Assembly: GCA_965219995.1 (NCBI GenBank)
Contig: CBDCOX010000002.1
Location: 5,184,001-5,248,000, forward strand
Source of the DNA: Candidatus Latescibacterota bacterium
GTDB taxonomy: Bacteria > Latescibacterota > UBA2968 > GCA-2709665
DNA length: 64,000 bases
Direction of reading: 5' to 3'
Shown: one piece after another, positions 29,007 to 39,031 of the stretch
How the letters are laid out: every line of letters starts with the position of its first letter
How positions within the stretch are numbered: the first letter of the stretch is position 1
The notes under the pieces: model-generated
What the model was told of the DNA's origin: nothing
The model's database searches: none
What the model saw: the letters and a program-made list of their open reading frames with translations, nothing else
Position numbers and translations under genes: made by a program

Positions 29007-30704
29007 TCACTCGACGCGCACGGAAACCACGTCCAGGTCGTGGTATTGCCGATGGTCCAGAGACGACGCGTAATGCAGCAGCAGCCTGAGGGACGCCTCG
29101 GACTCGCGCGGCAGGTCGGCCACGTCGATCACCGACGCCAGGTCCTCGAGATTCTGGTTGCCAACGCTCGCGAGGAACTCCAGCGTGAGCGCCTTGCCGT
29201 CCGCCTGCGCCACCACGAGCAGGCGGCGCTCGGCCCCGTTCTGCATGAGTGTGTGCAACGTCTCCTCGCCGACGGCGCGCAAGCGATGGGTCGTCTCTTC
29301 ACTGGCATCGACGCCGGCGGCGAATCCGGTCAGGAATCGGTCCACCGCCGCAACCGCCTCGTCGTCCAGCGCGACGCGCAGACGGCGCGGCCGGCGCCGG
29401 GTGACGCTGAGCATGACCGACAGCAGCACCACGGTCAGGCCGCCGGCGGTCATGCCGTTGCCGAGCAGGTCGCCGACAAAGCCCGTCATGTACTCGGGAA
29501 CAATCAGATCGAACTGGCAGGCGAGGCCGACCCAGAACCCCAGTCCGACGATCAGGCTCTTGCGGTAGTCGAGCCCTTCGGCGACCAGGATCCTGATCCC
29601 GAACATGCCCAGTAGCGCAATGACGACCACGAGGTAGGCGGCGGCCACCGGCCCCGGAATCGCCACGACCACCGCAAGCAGCTTGGGCAGGAAGGCAAGT
29701 GCGACGAAGATGGCACCCACCCAGACACCCACCGAGCGGGCGGCGACGCCGGTGACTTCGGCGATCGCGATACTGCTGCCGTAGGTGGTGTTGGGCACCG
29801 TCCCGGCGCATCCGGAGAGCAGGTTGCCCACGCCATCCGCGTTGATCGCCCCCTGCACGGCCCGGAAGTCGATGGCGCGAGGCGTGCGCCAGGATGCCCG
29901 CTGAATGGCGATGCTGTCCCCGAGCGTGTCCATGGCGCCCACCAGGGTGATCATCACGAACCCGGGGAGCAGCGCCCAGAACATGACGCCGAAGCCGAGG
30001 TCGAGCCCCGGCCAGCCGCTCGGGTCGGGCAAACCGATCCATGCCGCATCGACGATCCGGTCCACGTCGTAGATGCCGAACCAATGGCCCACCAGGCAGC
30101 CCACGACGAGTCCGATACCGAGGGACCAGAGCCGCAACGCGCCGTCGAAGCGCAGCGCCAGGAACACGATGGTCAGCAAGGCCACCCCGGCCGTTATCGG
30201 GCCGGCGGCCGGATCGGCATGTTCGGGAACCTCCGCCATCTTGCGCAGGATCAGCGGCGCGAGGCTGACCGGGATGAGCAACAGCACGGTCCCCGCCACC
30301 GTCGGGGTGAACACTTTCCGCAATGCCGCCATCTTCCAGCCCAGGCCGAACTGCACCAGCGAGGACAGCAGGATCAGGGTCGCCAGCAGGGCCGGGCCAC
30401 CCGCCTCGAGGGCGCCCACGCAGACGGGCAGATAGGCGGGGGTGCTGCCCATCACCAGGATGTAGCCGGCGCCGACGCGGCCAATGCGCAAGCCCTGCAC
30501 GATCGTCGCGACGCCGCTTACCGCCACCGCGGCGAACACCGCCCAGGCCAGGTATTCCTCCGAGCCTCCGCCGAGCGTCACCAGAACCACCGGGGGAAGC
30601 ACGACGGAGGTAATCGCAAGCGTTGCGAACTGGGCAGCTATACCAAAGGACAAGGCGGGCGACGCGCGTTCGTCCGCTTCGAACCGCGGGCCGTCGCTAC
30701 TCAC
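29007..30704 (-). CDS. NCS2 (xanthine/uracil) permease-family protein with a ~130-aa C-terminal HATPase/anti-sigma-like extension
   Basis: Multiple TM helices with FTPTVAGTV, GAINADG, TTYG...TGV, FLPK; soluble tail ...RLRAVGEETL...SLRLLLHYASSLDHRQY. Confidence 0.8.
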   Translation of the reverse strand: MSSDGPRFEADERASPALSFGIAAQFATLAITSVVLPPVVLVTLGGGSEEYLAWAVFAAVAVSGVATIVQGLRIGRVGAGYILVMGSTPAYLPVCVGALEAGGPALLATLILLSSLVQFGLGWKMAALRKVFTPTVAGTVLLLIPVSLAPLILRKMAEVPEHADPAAGPITAGVALLTIVFLALRFDGALRLWSLGIGLVVGCLVGHWFGIYDVDRIVDAAWIGLPDPSGWPGLDLGFGVMFWALLPGFVMITLVGAMDTLGDSIAIQRASWRTPRAIDFRAVQGAINADGVGNLLSGCAGTVPNTTYGSSIAIAEVTGVAARSVGVWVGAIFVALAFLPKLLAVVVAIPGPVAAAYLVVVIALLGMFGIRILVAEGLDYRKSLIVGLGFWVGLACQFDLIVPEYMTGFVGDLLGNGMTAGGLTVVLLSVMLSVTRRRPRRLRVALDDEAVAAVDRFLTGFAAGVDASEETTHRLRAVGEETLHTLMQNGAERRLLVVAQADGKALTLEFLASVGNQNLEDLASVIDVADLPRESEASLRLLLHYASSLDHRQYHDLDVVSVRVE

Positions 30705-30776
30705 TCGAAACGCTCGACCGGCCCGGCCTTCAACGAGGCCAGCCCGCGCACGGGACGCCGTCCATCAGGCCCCGGC

Positions 30777-31847
30777 CTAGCGTTGCAACCGCGGCAGCAC
30801 GTGTTCGGCGAAGCGGGCCCCGGCGGCCCGCGCCTCCGCGGACGTGTCGACGAAGTCCGGCCCGATGACGCCGAACTTCACCACGCCCAGCTCCGCAAGG
30901 TGCGCCAACTGCTCGGCGCAGTGGCCGGCCGGCCCCACGATGGCGTAGCGGTCCATGAAATCGTCCGTCAGTGCCGTCGTCTGGCGACCGCCCTGGTGGC
31001 CGTGCGCGTTCATGTCGTAGCGTTCGTGGAGCCCGCGAAACACCTCGAGCTGGCGCTCGTCGGCCGGGCCGGCCACTTCCCCGTACATCGCCGAGAAGCG
31101 CGCGAACAGACCCGTCGGCCCACGGCCAAGCTCGCGCCCCGCGGCGGTATCCTCGTCGCAGACCACATTGACGTAGGCACCGAAGCTGAGCGTGGCCGGA
31201 TCGCGGCCGGCCGCACCGGCAGCCTCGCGGGCAACGTCCATGCCCCACGCGATGCGCTTCGGATCGGCGCCCACGGCGAGCATCACTCGGTCGGCGTGGC
31301 GGGCCGCAATGCCGATGACCCGCGGCCCGGTGGCGGCGACCTCCACGGGAACCTTGGCGGCGTCGTCGGGGGCCCAGCGAATGGCGCTCGCCTCCGGCGT
31401 GTTCGCAAGGGCCAGTCGCTCCGCGGGCGGCGCCGCCTCGTCGGGGATTCCGAATCCATCGAACGGCACTCCGGAACCGGAGAGATAAGCTTGCAATTGC
31501 TCCAGGTAGGTCTCGAACCAACGCAACCGGGCCGGCGCACGGCCGAGGTGCGCCAACGCGCTGTCGCCACGACCCAGGCCCAGCACCATGCGTCCCCCGG
31601 AAAGGCGCTGCAGCGCAAACGCGGACGAGGCCGTCACGGCGGGATGTCTGGTGACCGGGTTGGTTACGGATGTCGCCAACCGCAGCGTGGTGGTGTTGAC
31701 GGCGGCAAGCCCGATAAAGACGTACGGATCGCCCGTCAGGCTCTGCGAGTCTCCCACGCCAATGCCGTCCCAGCCAGCCGCCTCGGTGCGCTTGGCAAAA
31801 TCGGCGCTCTTGGTCGGCTCCGCTACCGTCCAGGTCCAGAACTCCAT
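30777..31847 (-). CDS. LLM-class flavin/F420-dependent oxidoreductase
   Basis: GDSQSL..DPY, TSVTNPVTRHPAV, SGGRMVLGLGRGDSA, AATGPR. Confidence 0.9.
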   Translation of the reverse strand: MEFWTWTVAEPTKSADFAKRTEAAGWDGIGVGDSQSLTGDPYVFIGLAAVNTTTLRLATSVTNPVTRHPAVTASSAFALQRLSGGRMVLGLGRGDSALAHLGRAPARLRWFETYLEQLQAYLSGSGVPFDGFGIPDEAAPPAERLALANTPEASAIRWAPDDAAKVPVEVAATGPRVIGIAARHADRVMLAVGADPKRIAWGMDVAREAAGAAGRDPATLSFGAYVNVVCDEDTAAGRELGRGPTGLFARFSAMYGEVAGPADERQLEVFRGLHERYDMNAHGHQGGRQTTALTDDFMDRYAIVGPAGHCAEQLAHLAELGVVKFGVIGPDFVDTSAEARAAGARFAEHVLPRLQR

Positions 31848-31938
31848 GCGCGTACCCTTCCGCCGGAACCGAGCTACTAGAGCACAGATCGTCGCCACGC
31901 GCGAGCGCGGCTCGCCTCGGAACCGCCGGCAGCCGCCG

Positions 31939-34080
31939 TCACGCGAACAGGTACCGATACAGCTTCAGCGCGAGCGGCGCCTCGTGTTCCTCGAGCCACC
32001 GCCAGGTGTCGCGTCGCAGTGACACCGTTCTGCACGGTTCGTCGGCCACCACCGACGCCGGCTTGCCGTCTTGCGCCGCCCGGGGCCGAACCGCATCGCC
32101 CGGTCCGCACTCCTCCAGCCGGTTTCCGGCCGCATCGCAGACCGTGGCGCGGCCGGCGACGAGCAGTCGGACACCGACACCCGACGACTCCGTCTCGGTG
32201 AGGGACTCTCCCGTCCCATGGGTCCGCTCGTCCAGCCATGGCGCCAGTTCCGCCGTCAACTCCTCGAACGCGACCTGCCTGTCCAGGTAGCGCTCGAGCG
32301 CGTCCGCGCTTCGCATCAGGAGCGACGGGCGGTGCTCGTCCTCGGACTCCGCCTCCGTACTCCAGGCCTCGATGACGAGATCCTCGGCACGCTCCAGCGC
32401 GCGATCCTCGTTCGGTTCCAGCACCAGCTCTTCGAACACGGACGCGGGCACGTTGCGCGCCAGGCCGTCCCGCAACGCCTCCGACGACGCGCTGAGGACG
32501 ACCCGCACGCCCGAGGCGGACGCGCTCTGCAGAAACCTGCCCAGGACGCTCACCGCGGAGAAGTCGAAACCCGACACGCCCTTCAGGTCCAGTATCAGGC
32601 ACGTCGGCGCGGAGGCGTCCGCCAGGGACTGCTTCAGCCGGTCGGTCAGTGGCCACGCGCTGCCGAAGAAGAGGTATCCGCGCAGGCGATAACCGTGGAC
32701 CCGCTCGCCCCGCTCCAGCAGGATCGCCCGTTCGGGCGGCGTCCGGACCCGTCTGCTCCTCCGTTCCAGGCCGGTGAACCGGCCCGCGACCGGGTCCACC
32801 CGGGCGAGACGCAGCGCGAAGAACGCGAGCGTGGCGAGCATGCCGGTGGCCACGCCCTCGATGAGACCGAGGACGTTGATCACCACGACGATCAGCACCA
32901 GGATGCCGTACTCCGGCCACGGCAGTCGCCGGTAGCTGCGCACCAGGCCTTCCTCGATCATCCCGATGCCCGCGAAGACCAGGATGCCCCCGATCAGCGA
33001 CACCGGCACCAGTTCCAGCGGGCCGTCGCCGAACACCAGCGCCGCACCGATGACGAGCGCGCAGACCACGCCCGTCACGCGCGTCGAAGCACCGAACAGC
33101 CGGCTCCGAAACGACGCCGGAACGATCATGCAAAGGAACGTGCCGCCCCCCAGGCCGGCGACCACGCTCCCCGCCCCGGCCGCGCGGAACTCCCTGTCCC
33201 AGTCGAGGTCTTCGCCCAGCGCCACTTCCAGGCCGGCCAGGCTCATCACGACGCAGATGAGCGCAACGAGCACGAGGACCAGAAGGTTCGCCAGTTGCCC
33301 GGAGAGCGCCGCCCAGTCGATCGAGGCAAGGTCCGCGGGGCCGATGGCCGGCCACAGCCTCCCCTCCGCCGTGCCCGTGAACAGGAGGCCCGCCTCCCTC
33401 GCCTCCGGCCCCGACATGCCGGACATCGCGATGGCCGCGTGGTAGCAGGCCACCGCCAGGACCACGCTCAGCGGCAGGATCAGCGGGTTCCTCCAGCGCT
33501 TCATCGCGAAGTACAGCCCCACGCCGAACAGCACCCCCGGCAGCCAGCGCGCGAGCACGGCAGGCTCGAAGAGGAGCGGCATCCGGCTCCAGTGCGGTTC
33601 GGCCCCCATCATCGACATCGCGGCCAGACACACCGCCGCTCCGATCCCGGCGACGAACCCGCCGGCCACGGGAAAGGGGATGAACCGCACCAGGTTGGCA
33701 AGGCCGAACCTCCCCACCAGGACGCAGAACGCCCCCGTGCCGGCCGCCCCGATCGCGAGCGCCGCCACGGTGGTGACGAAGCGGGCGTGCCCCTCGGCGT
33801 CCATCGTCGCGCCCACGTACGCCATCACGATCACGAGTGCCGGGGACAACCCCGCGATCGCGCCGCGGTAACCACCCGCCAACGCGACGATCAGGCACCC
33901 GGCGAAGCAGCCGAACAGCACAAGGCCGATGCCCTGGGAGGCATACGGCGCGAGGGGGCCCGAGAAGATCAGCGTGGCGAACGCGACGTGCGACACGAGC
34001 AGGCCGAGTCCCGAGGTCGCTCCGACCGACAGGGCCGGTACCATCGTCGCCCAGCGGAAGTCCTCCCGGAGGTAGCCCAT
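31939..34080 (-). CDS. SulP/SLC26-family anion transporter with STAS and C-terminal cNMP-binding-like domain
   Basis: RFIPFPVAGGFVAGIG, LRGYLFFGS, ILDLKGVSGFDFSA (STAS), EDRALERAED, ECGPGD...ASVVADEPC. Confidence 0.88.
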   Translation of the reverse strand: MGYLREDFRWATMVPALSVGATSGLGLLVSHVAFATLIFSGPLAPYASQGIGLVLFGCFAGCLIVALAGGYRGAIAGLSPALVIVMAYVGATMDAEGHARFVTTVAALAIGAAGTGAFCVLVGRFGLANLVRFIPFPVAGGFVAGIGAAVCLAAMSMMGAEPHWSRMPLLFEPAVLARWLPGVLFGVGLYFAMKRWRNPLILPLSVVLAVACYHAAIAMSGMSGPEAREAGLLFTGTAEGRLWPAIGPADLASIDWAALSGQLANLLVLVLVALICVVMSLAGLEVALGEDLDWDREFRAAGAGSVVAGLGGGTFLCMIVPASFRSRLFGASTRVTGVVCALVIGAALVFGDGPLELVPVSLIGGILVFAGIGMIEEGLVRSYRRLPWPEYGILVLIVVVINVLGLIEGVATGMLATLAFFALRLARVDPVAGRFTGLERRSRRVRTPPERAILLERGERVHGYRLRGYLFFGSAWPLTDRLKQSLADASAPTCLILDLKGVSGFDFSAVSVLGRFLQSASASGVRVVLSASSEALRDGLARNVPASVFEELVLEPNEDRALERAEDLVIEAWSTEAESEDEHRPSLLMRSADALERYLDRQVAFEELTAELAPWLDERTHGTGESLTETESSGVGVRLLVAGRATVCDAAGNRLEECGPGDAVRPRAAQDGKPASVVADEPCRTVSLRRDTWRWLEEHEAPLALKLYRYLFA

Positions 34081-34152
34081 CAGGCCGCCGATCGTCGCGC
34101 GCCCATCGCGACGCGGATCCGGGGACGGGCCCCTTCCGGCCAGAGCGGCGCC

Positions 34153-34632
34153 TCAGCGCGAGCCATGGCCGCCCGCGCCGGCTCCGTATCGCCCGGCGAT
34201 CAGCGCGCGGGCACGCAGCGGGTCCGCGAGGACGCGCCGGCGGGCGGCGCCGACTTCCCGTGCGTCCAGTGGGCGAAACCCCGCCGGCAAGGTGGCCGCG
34301 CTGAACTCGCGCAGCATCCAGTTCAACACGCGGGCAAGATCCTCGTCGTCGAGCGGCGCCTGGGCCGCCTCGGGTACGCGTGCGACATAGTCGCGGCCCT
34401 CGGGCGTGCCGACGATCTCTCCGATGGGGCCACTGAGCGACGGTACCTCCGGAGGCGCCCCGGCGCCGTCCGACCGATGACAGCCGGAGCAGTGCAACAG
34501 GTAGTCCACGCGGGCGGCGCCGTCGGTCGCCGTTCCGCCCGCGCCCGCCGCGTTCGCGGTCCCGGCCAGCATCGCCGCGAGCGCCAAGGGCACGATGCCC
34601 CAGCAACACCGGGGCGTGGGCACGACGGTCAT
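34153..34632 (-). CDS. Mono-haem c-type cytochrome
   Basis: Signal peptide, YLLHCSGCH; ATG overlaps the mauA stop (ATGA). Confidence 0.88.
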   Translation of the reverse strand: MTVVPTPRCCWGIVPLALAAMLAGTANAAGAGGTATDGAARVDYLLHCSGCHRSDGAGAPPEVPSLSGPIGEIVGTPEGRDYVARVPEAAQAPLDDEDLARVLNWMLREFSAATLPAGFRPLDAREVGAARRRVLADPLRARALIAGRYGAGAGGHGSR

Positions 34633-35246
34633 CCCGCCGCTTCCGTCTCCGTGGGCGCGTCCTCGGTGACCTCGCCGATCACGGCCGCGACGGTGCAGTG
34701 GTAGGCGTGGCTCTCGACGCCGAAGCACCACAGGATGTTGTTGCTCTTGCTCGCGAAGTAGACGGGTTTCGCGCCCTCGGAACGATGGCAGAAGCACCGG
34801 GGGCAGACCGCCTTGCCGCAGCAGTCGTTGTAGGAGATGAGGTACTGCCGGTCGTCGACCGGGTTGCGGCACGTGCCCACCCAGGTGATCGGCGAAGGCT
34901 CGGCGCCCGGCGGGCAGGTGCTCTCGCTGCCGCCGCAGCAGGCGCAGAGGGCGCCCCCGAGGCCGCAGTAGCGCCAGTAGTCGCAGCTCTGCGGGTCGCC
35001 GAACTCCGCAAGGCCCGCCATCTCCGGCGCGTCGCCCCGCGGCAGCGGCGCGTCGTCCGCCTCCTCCGCCCCGAACGCCCGTTCGACGGGGAGGAGCGGC
35101 AGCGCTCCCGCGCCGGCGAGGACGCCTCCCATGCGTCCAAGGAAGCCGCGGCGCGAGGTGCGCTCCGCGAGTCCGGTCGCGGTGCGCCGGGTCACTGAGT
35201 CGAACCAGCGCGCAACCTTGGTACTGCGAGCGTCCACGTCGTTCAT
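34629..35246 (-). CDS. mauA: TTQ amine dehydrogenase small (light) subunit
   Basis: Tat motif SRRGFLG; DPQSCDYWRYC, CPPG, TWVGTC, YNDCCG, ILWCFG, YHCT; both TTQ Trp positions are present. Confidence 0.92.
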   Translation of the reverse strand: MNDVDARSTKVARWFDSVTRRTATGLAERTSRRGFLGRMGGVLAGAGALPLLPVERAFGAEEADDAPLPRGDAPEMAGLAEFGDPQSCDYWRYCGLGGALCACCGGSESTCPPGAEPSPITWVGTCRNPVDDRQYLISYNDCCGKAVCPRCFCHRSEGAKPVYFASKSNNILWCFGVESHAYHCTVAAVIGEVTEDAPTETEAAG

Positions 35247-35908
35247 CCTGTCTCCTCCCTGCGGGGGAAAGGCTCCGTCGCCGCCGGGTCGTAACGGGCG
35301 ACGCCGTCCGTCCCCTCCACCGCCTCCGTTCCGAGCACATAGTCCTGCAGCGTGGCGACACCCTTGCGCCAGGACTCCAGCAGGCTCTCCAGGTGCTCGC
35401 GCGTGTTGACCAGTCCGCGTCCCCGCAGCACCCCGTCCTCGCCGATCAGCACTGCGAACGGCAGCCGGCTCACGCCGTAGCGCATGCCAAGCGCCTGGGA
35501 CAGCACGTACGGGAACCGCGCGATCCCGACGTCCCCGGCGAAGGCGCGATGCCGCTCCGGGTCGAAGCCGTCGCTCGCGAACACGAGTTGCAGCCCCTCC
35601 GCGGACGCCAGCGACTTCGCCGCCGGCAGCAGCGACTTGCACACCGGGCACGTGGGCGACACGAAGAGCAGCAGGGTGTTCGCGTCCTGCGCGGCGCCGC
35701 CGATGCCGACCCGCCTGCCGGCCAGGTCCTCGGCCTCCACCGTCTCCGTCAACTCGCCGACCTTCGGCCCGCGCGTCGGCATCAGGGCGCCGGCGGGGGC
35801 GACCCGCTGGTGCAGCACCCCCACCTGCCGGGCCAGGGCCAGCACCGCGAGGGTGAGCACGCCCACCACCACCCAGAGCAGCACGTCGAGGACGAGGGCG
35901 CCGCTCAC
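35243..35908 (-). CDS. mauD: Methylamine utilisation protein MauD (thioredoxin-like)
   Basis: LARQVGVLHQRVAPAGAL, SPTCPVCKSLLP, GLVNTREHLESL. Confidence 0.93.
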   Translation of the reverse strand: MSGALVLDVLLWVVVGVLTLAVLALARQVGVLHQRVAPAGALMPTRGPKVGELTETVEAEDLAGRRVGIGGAAQDANTLLLFVSPTCPVCKSLLPAAKSLASAEGLQLVFASDGFDPERHRAFAGDVGIARFPYVLSQALGMRYGVSRLPFAVLIGEDGVLRGRGLVNTREHLESLLESWRKGVATLQDYVLGTEAVEGTDGVARYDPAATEPFPRREETG

Positions 35909-36447
35909 GAAGGGTCCTCCGCCCACGGCCGCATCGCCGCGGCGTTGGCCACCAGCGCGCCGGTGGCGAGATAGAGGCAAGCGCCCGCCGCGAACACCGG
36001 CAGGGCCATCGCGAGATCTCCCCAAGCAGGATTGCCGGCGCCGCCGAGGGAGAGCGGAACGAGCGCCAACGTCGCAAGCGCCGCGTTGCGCCCGACGAGG
36101 ATCCAGGAGAGCTGTTCACCGCCGCCGCAGCCGCAGTCTATCCACGAGCGTCCGCGCGCCAGGTTCGCCGTGATCGCCCCCCCGTAGCCGATCATCAAAG
36201 CGGCCGTCGCGACGCACGCGAGCAGCGCCGCGTCGTCGCGCCACGGAGCGACGATCCACGCCGCGGCCAAGCCCGCCTCCACCAAGGGAACCACCGCCAC
36301 GGCCGGCCGTACGAGCGATCCGGGCAACAGCCGGTAGTCCGCCAGGATCGCCTCGAACCCCGCCGCATCGCGGAATTTGCCCCACGCGGCAGACCCGACG
36401 AGTACGGCGAAGCCCCCCGCGGCGGCCAACATGGGAGAGTGCTCCAC
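35905..36447 (-). CDS. mauE: Methylamine utilisation membrane protein MauE
   Basis: AAWGK, YRLLP, NLARGRSWIDCGCGG, GRN. Confidence 0.9.
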   Translation of the reverse strand: MEHSPMLAAAGGFAVLVGSAAWGKFRDAAGFEAILADYRLLPGSLVRPAVAVVPLVEAGLAAAWIVAPWRDDAALLACVATAALMIGYGGAITANLARGRSWIDCGCGGGEQLSWILVGRNAALATLALVPLSLGGAGNPAWGDLAMALPVFAAGACLYLATGALVANAAAMRPWAEDPS

Positions 36448-36454
36448 GGCCCCC

Positions 36455-37594
36455 TCAATAGGCCAGCAGTCGGCCGCCGCCACCGGTGTCGACGACGTGC
36501 CGCCGTTTTCCCGTGCGGAGTTCGAATACCTGCACGCCCGCACCGATCGACGCCACCAGCAGCGGTTCGCCGCCGTCGACCACGAGCAGCGCGGAAGCCG
36601 GATCCTCGAAGGCGATCTTGCCGATGCGGCGCTTGGCCGCGCGGTGGTAGACCCAGGCTTCCGGACCCGCATCGTCCTGCGTGTCCGCGCCGCCCTGGTG
36701 CATGAGCGTCACGAGCAGGTCGAGCCCCGGATGGAAAGCCGAGGGCTGATCGCCGCCCGGCCTCCAGCCCGCGTCGTCTTCCCCGAGCAGCGACCACGAC
36801 TCCCCGAGGACGATCTCGCCGTCCCGCACGACGACCTCCCTGGTGCCGCCCCCGAAGGTCATGAGCTGCCAGCCGTCACCGGTCCGCACCGGATGGTCGA
36901 ACACCGGATCCTCTTCCACCGAGAAGAACGGCTCCGTACGCACGCGGACCGCTTCCGCGCCGTTCTCGTCGAGACCGATCCACTGCAGCGTGCCGTCGCC
37001 GCAGAGCATCAGGAAGCCGCGCTCGCCGGCGGGCAGGGTGGTCGCGCAACCGGGGGTCGAGATCTCCGCAACGAAGCGCCGGTTCTCCACGTCCACCACC
37101 GAGACCGACTGCGCCGGGGTCATGTTGAAGACCGTCACGTACCGGCCACCGGAGAGCAGGCCGAGGTAATGCGGGTGCAGCGCCGTCATCTTGGGCGGGA
37201 TGACGACTTCGGCCGTCGCGTTGAGCGTGCTGTGGGCGTAGACGCGCAACACGTCCGTGCGTTCGCCGCCGTAGCGCCGCGTGTAGTGCGTCTCCGCCGC
37301 GTAGATCTCGCCCCGGCCCGCGTGGCGCCGCACCGTCGGCGTCCAGGGCGTGAGCGAGAGGGTCCCGCGCATCTCGCCGTCGGCGGCATCGAACACGAAC
37401 GCGGCGCCCAGGGCGCTCTTGACGACGAACCACGTCGGGGCGGGCGGGCCGAGTTCCGTTGCGGCGACCGGAGACGGCGTGACGCCGGCACCGAAGGCCG
37501 CGACGCTCAGGAGGACGGCGAGCCCGTAGCGCAGGCGCCGAACGTAGTGCCCGAGAGTCTCGCAACACGTCCGGTAGACCGGCAGCCAGCGCAT
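36455..37594 (-). CDS. mauB: TTQ amine dehydrogenase large (heavy) subunit
   Basis: ETHYTRRYGGERTDV, EVVIPPK, FNMTPAQSVSVVD, ISTPGC, CGDG, WRPGG, LMH; RBS GAGGAG upstream. Confidence 0.9.
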   Translation of the reverse strand: MRWLPVYRTCCETLGHYVRRLRYGLAVLLSVAAFGAGVTPSPVAATELGPPAPTWFVVKSALGAAFVFDAADGEMRGTLSLTPWTPTVRRHAGRGEIYAAETHYTRRYGGERTDVLRVYAHSTLNATAEVVIPPKMTALHPHYLGLLSGGRYVTVFNMTPAQSVSVVDVENRRFVAEISTPGCATTLPAGERGFLMLCGDGTLQWIGLDENGAEAVRVRTEPFFSVEEDPVFDHPVRTGDGWQLMTFGGGTREVVVRDGEIVLGESWSLLGEDDAGWRPGGDQPSAFHPGLDLLVTLMHQGGADTQDDAGPEAWVYHRAAKRRIGKIAFEDPASALLVVDGGEPLLVASIGAGVQVFELRTGKRRHVVDTGGGGRLLAY

Positions 37595-37708
37595 CGCACG
37601 CTCCTCGACGAAGGCAACGGCTGGCAGTCTGTCGAATCCCGCAGCGGTCGGCAAGGGCGGCGGTGCGCGTGGTAGCCTCGAACGGCCAAGGGCGACGGTG
37701 TGTTTCCC

Positions 37709-39022
37709 ATGAGTCCGGCGCAGGAAATGGTCGTGCAAGACGTGCGCTGCTTTCAGGGCCTGCAGCGGGGCCGCCTGCGCCCCATCACACTACTCGTGGG
37801 CGAGAACAGCACCGGGAAGTCCACGTTCCTCGCCTGCTATCGGATCCAAGCGGCGACGCTCTCCCACACCGGGCCTGGGTTGGCGCAACCAGACTTCAAC
37901 GAAGAGCCGTTCAGGATGGGTTCCTTCAGGGACATCGTCCGATCTCGGCGGGGCCCACAAGGCCGCATCGACGAGTACCGACTCGGCATCGCATTCGAAT
38001 CCAACCACGCGAAGGGGCGCATCCTGGAGTTGCACACCACGTTCGCGGAGCAGGGCGCCCAGCCAACGACCTCCTCCATCCGATGGAACTTCGGGGCCGG
38101 GGAGTTCCTGGAAGCGCGGCGTGGCAATGATGGGCAAATCATCTGGCGCATACCCGGCTACGAGCTCCCGGGGCCGCTCCCTTTCGACCTCGTGAGCGTC
38201 CCAACCGCATTGGCTTCCCTCACTCCCCACGACAGGGAGACAGACCGTATCGTTGCCTATATCGAGTCTCGATTCGGGCGGTCGAAAGAGGAACGCTGGT
38301 CGTTCTCCGATGCAATGTCCCCAAGGCTGCAGGATGTGGTCCCGATCGCGCCGCTGCGGTCCGAGCCGAGACGTACGTACGACCCCGTGCGCGAGACGGC
38401 TTCGTCCGACGGGGGGCACGTCCCCATGTTGATGATGCGCCTCGACCGAACCGACAAGCCTCGCTGGAACGCGTTGCACGACGATCTTGTCGCCTTCGGC
38501 CGCGAGTCAGGCCTGTTCTCGGACTTGCGGGTCAAACGACACGGCAGGCAGATGAGCGATCCCTTCCAGTTGCGCGTGAAGGTGCGCACGGGCCCAAGCG
38601 CGAACATCATGGACGTCGGCTACGGCGTGAGCCAGAGCCTGCCCATACTGGTGGACATCATGGCGCCGGCGCAGAGCCTCCCGGGTCCTCGCACCTTCCT
38701 GCTCCAGCAACCGGAGGTGCACCTGCATCCGCGCGGCCAGGCCGAACTCGCAAGTCTCTTCGTCCAATCGTTCAAGAAACGCCGCCACCAGTTCCTTGTC
38801 GAGACGCACAGCGACTACATCGTCGACCGCGTCCGCATATGCGTCAGGAAGAAGCTCCTGCGCCCGGACGACGTATCGATTCTCTATTTCGAGCCGCGCG
38901 GCAACGCCGTGACCATTCACAACATGACGCTCGACAAGCACGGCAACCTGAACGACGCGCCGCCAGGCTACCGGGATTTCTTCGCCAAGGAGACGGACCG
39001 GCTGCTCGGTTTCGCCGATTGA
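37709..39022 (+). CDS. ABC/AAA_21-type ATPase (DUF3696-like C-terminus)
   Basis: GENSTGKS, DVGYGVSQSLP, LLQQPEVHLHP, VETHSDY, PPGYRDFF. Confidence 0.9.
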   Translation: MSPAQEMVVQDVRCFQGLQRGRLRPITLLVGENSTGKSTFLACYRIQAATLSHTGPGLAQPDFNEEPFRMGSFRDIVRSRRGPQGRIDEYRLGIAFESNHAKGRILELHTTFAEQGAQPTTSSIRWNFGAGEFLEARRGNDGQIIWRIPGYELPGPLPFDLVSVPTALASLTPHDRETDRIVAYIESRFGRSKEERWSFSDAMSPRLQDVVPIAPLRSEPRRTYDPVRETASSDGGHVPMLMMRLDRTDKPRWNALHDDLVAFGRESGLFSDLRVKRHGRQMSDPFQLRVKVRTGPSANIMDVGYGVSQSLPILVDIMAPAQSLPGPRTFLLQQPEVHLHPRGQAELASLFVQSFKKRRHQFLVETHSDYIVDRVRICVRKKLLRPDDVSILYFEPRGNAVTIHNMTLDKHGNLNDAPPGYRDFFAKETDRLLGFAD

Positions 39023-39031
39023 GGATGGGTC

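Noticed and set aside
31877-34609. 910-aa and other long Arg/Gly/Pro-rich ORFs
   Set aside because: Low-complexity shadow frames typical of high GC content that overlap well-supported genes.
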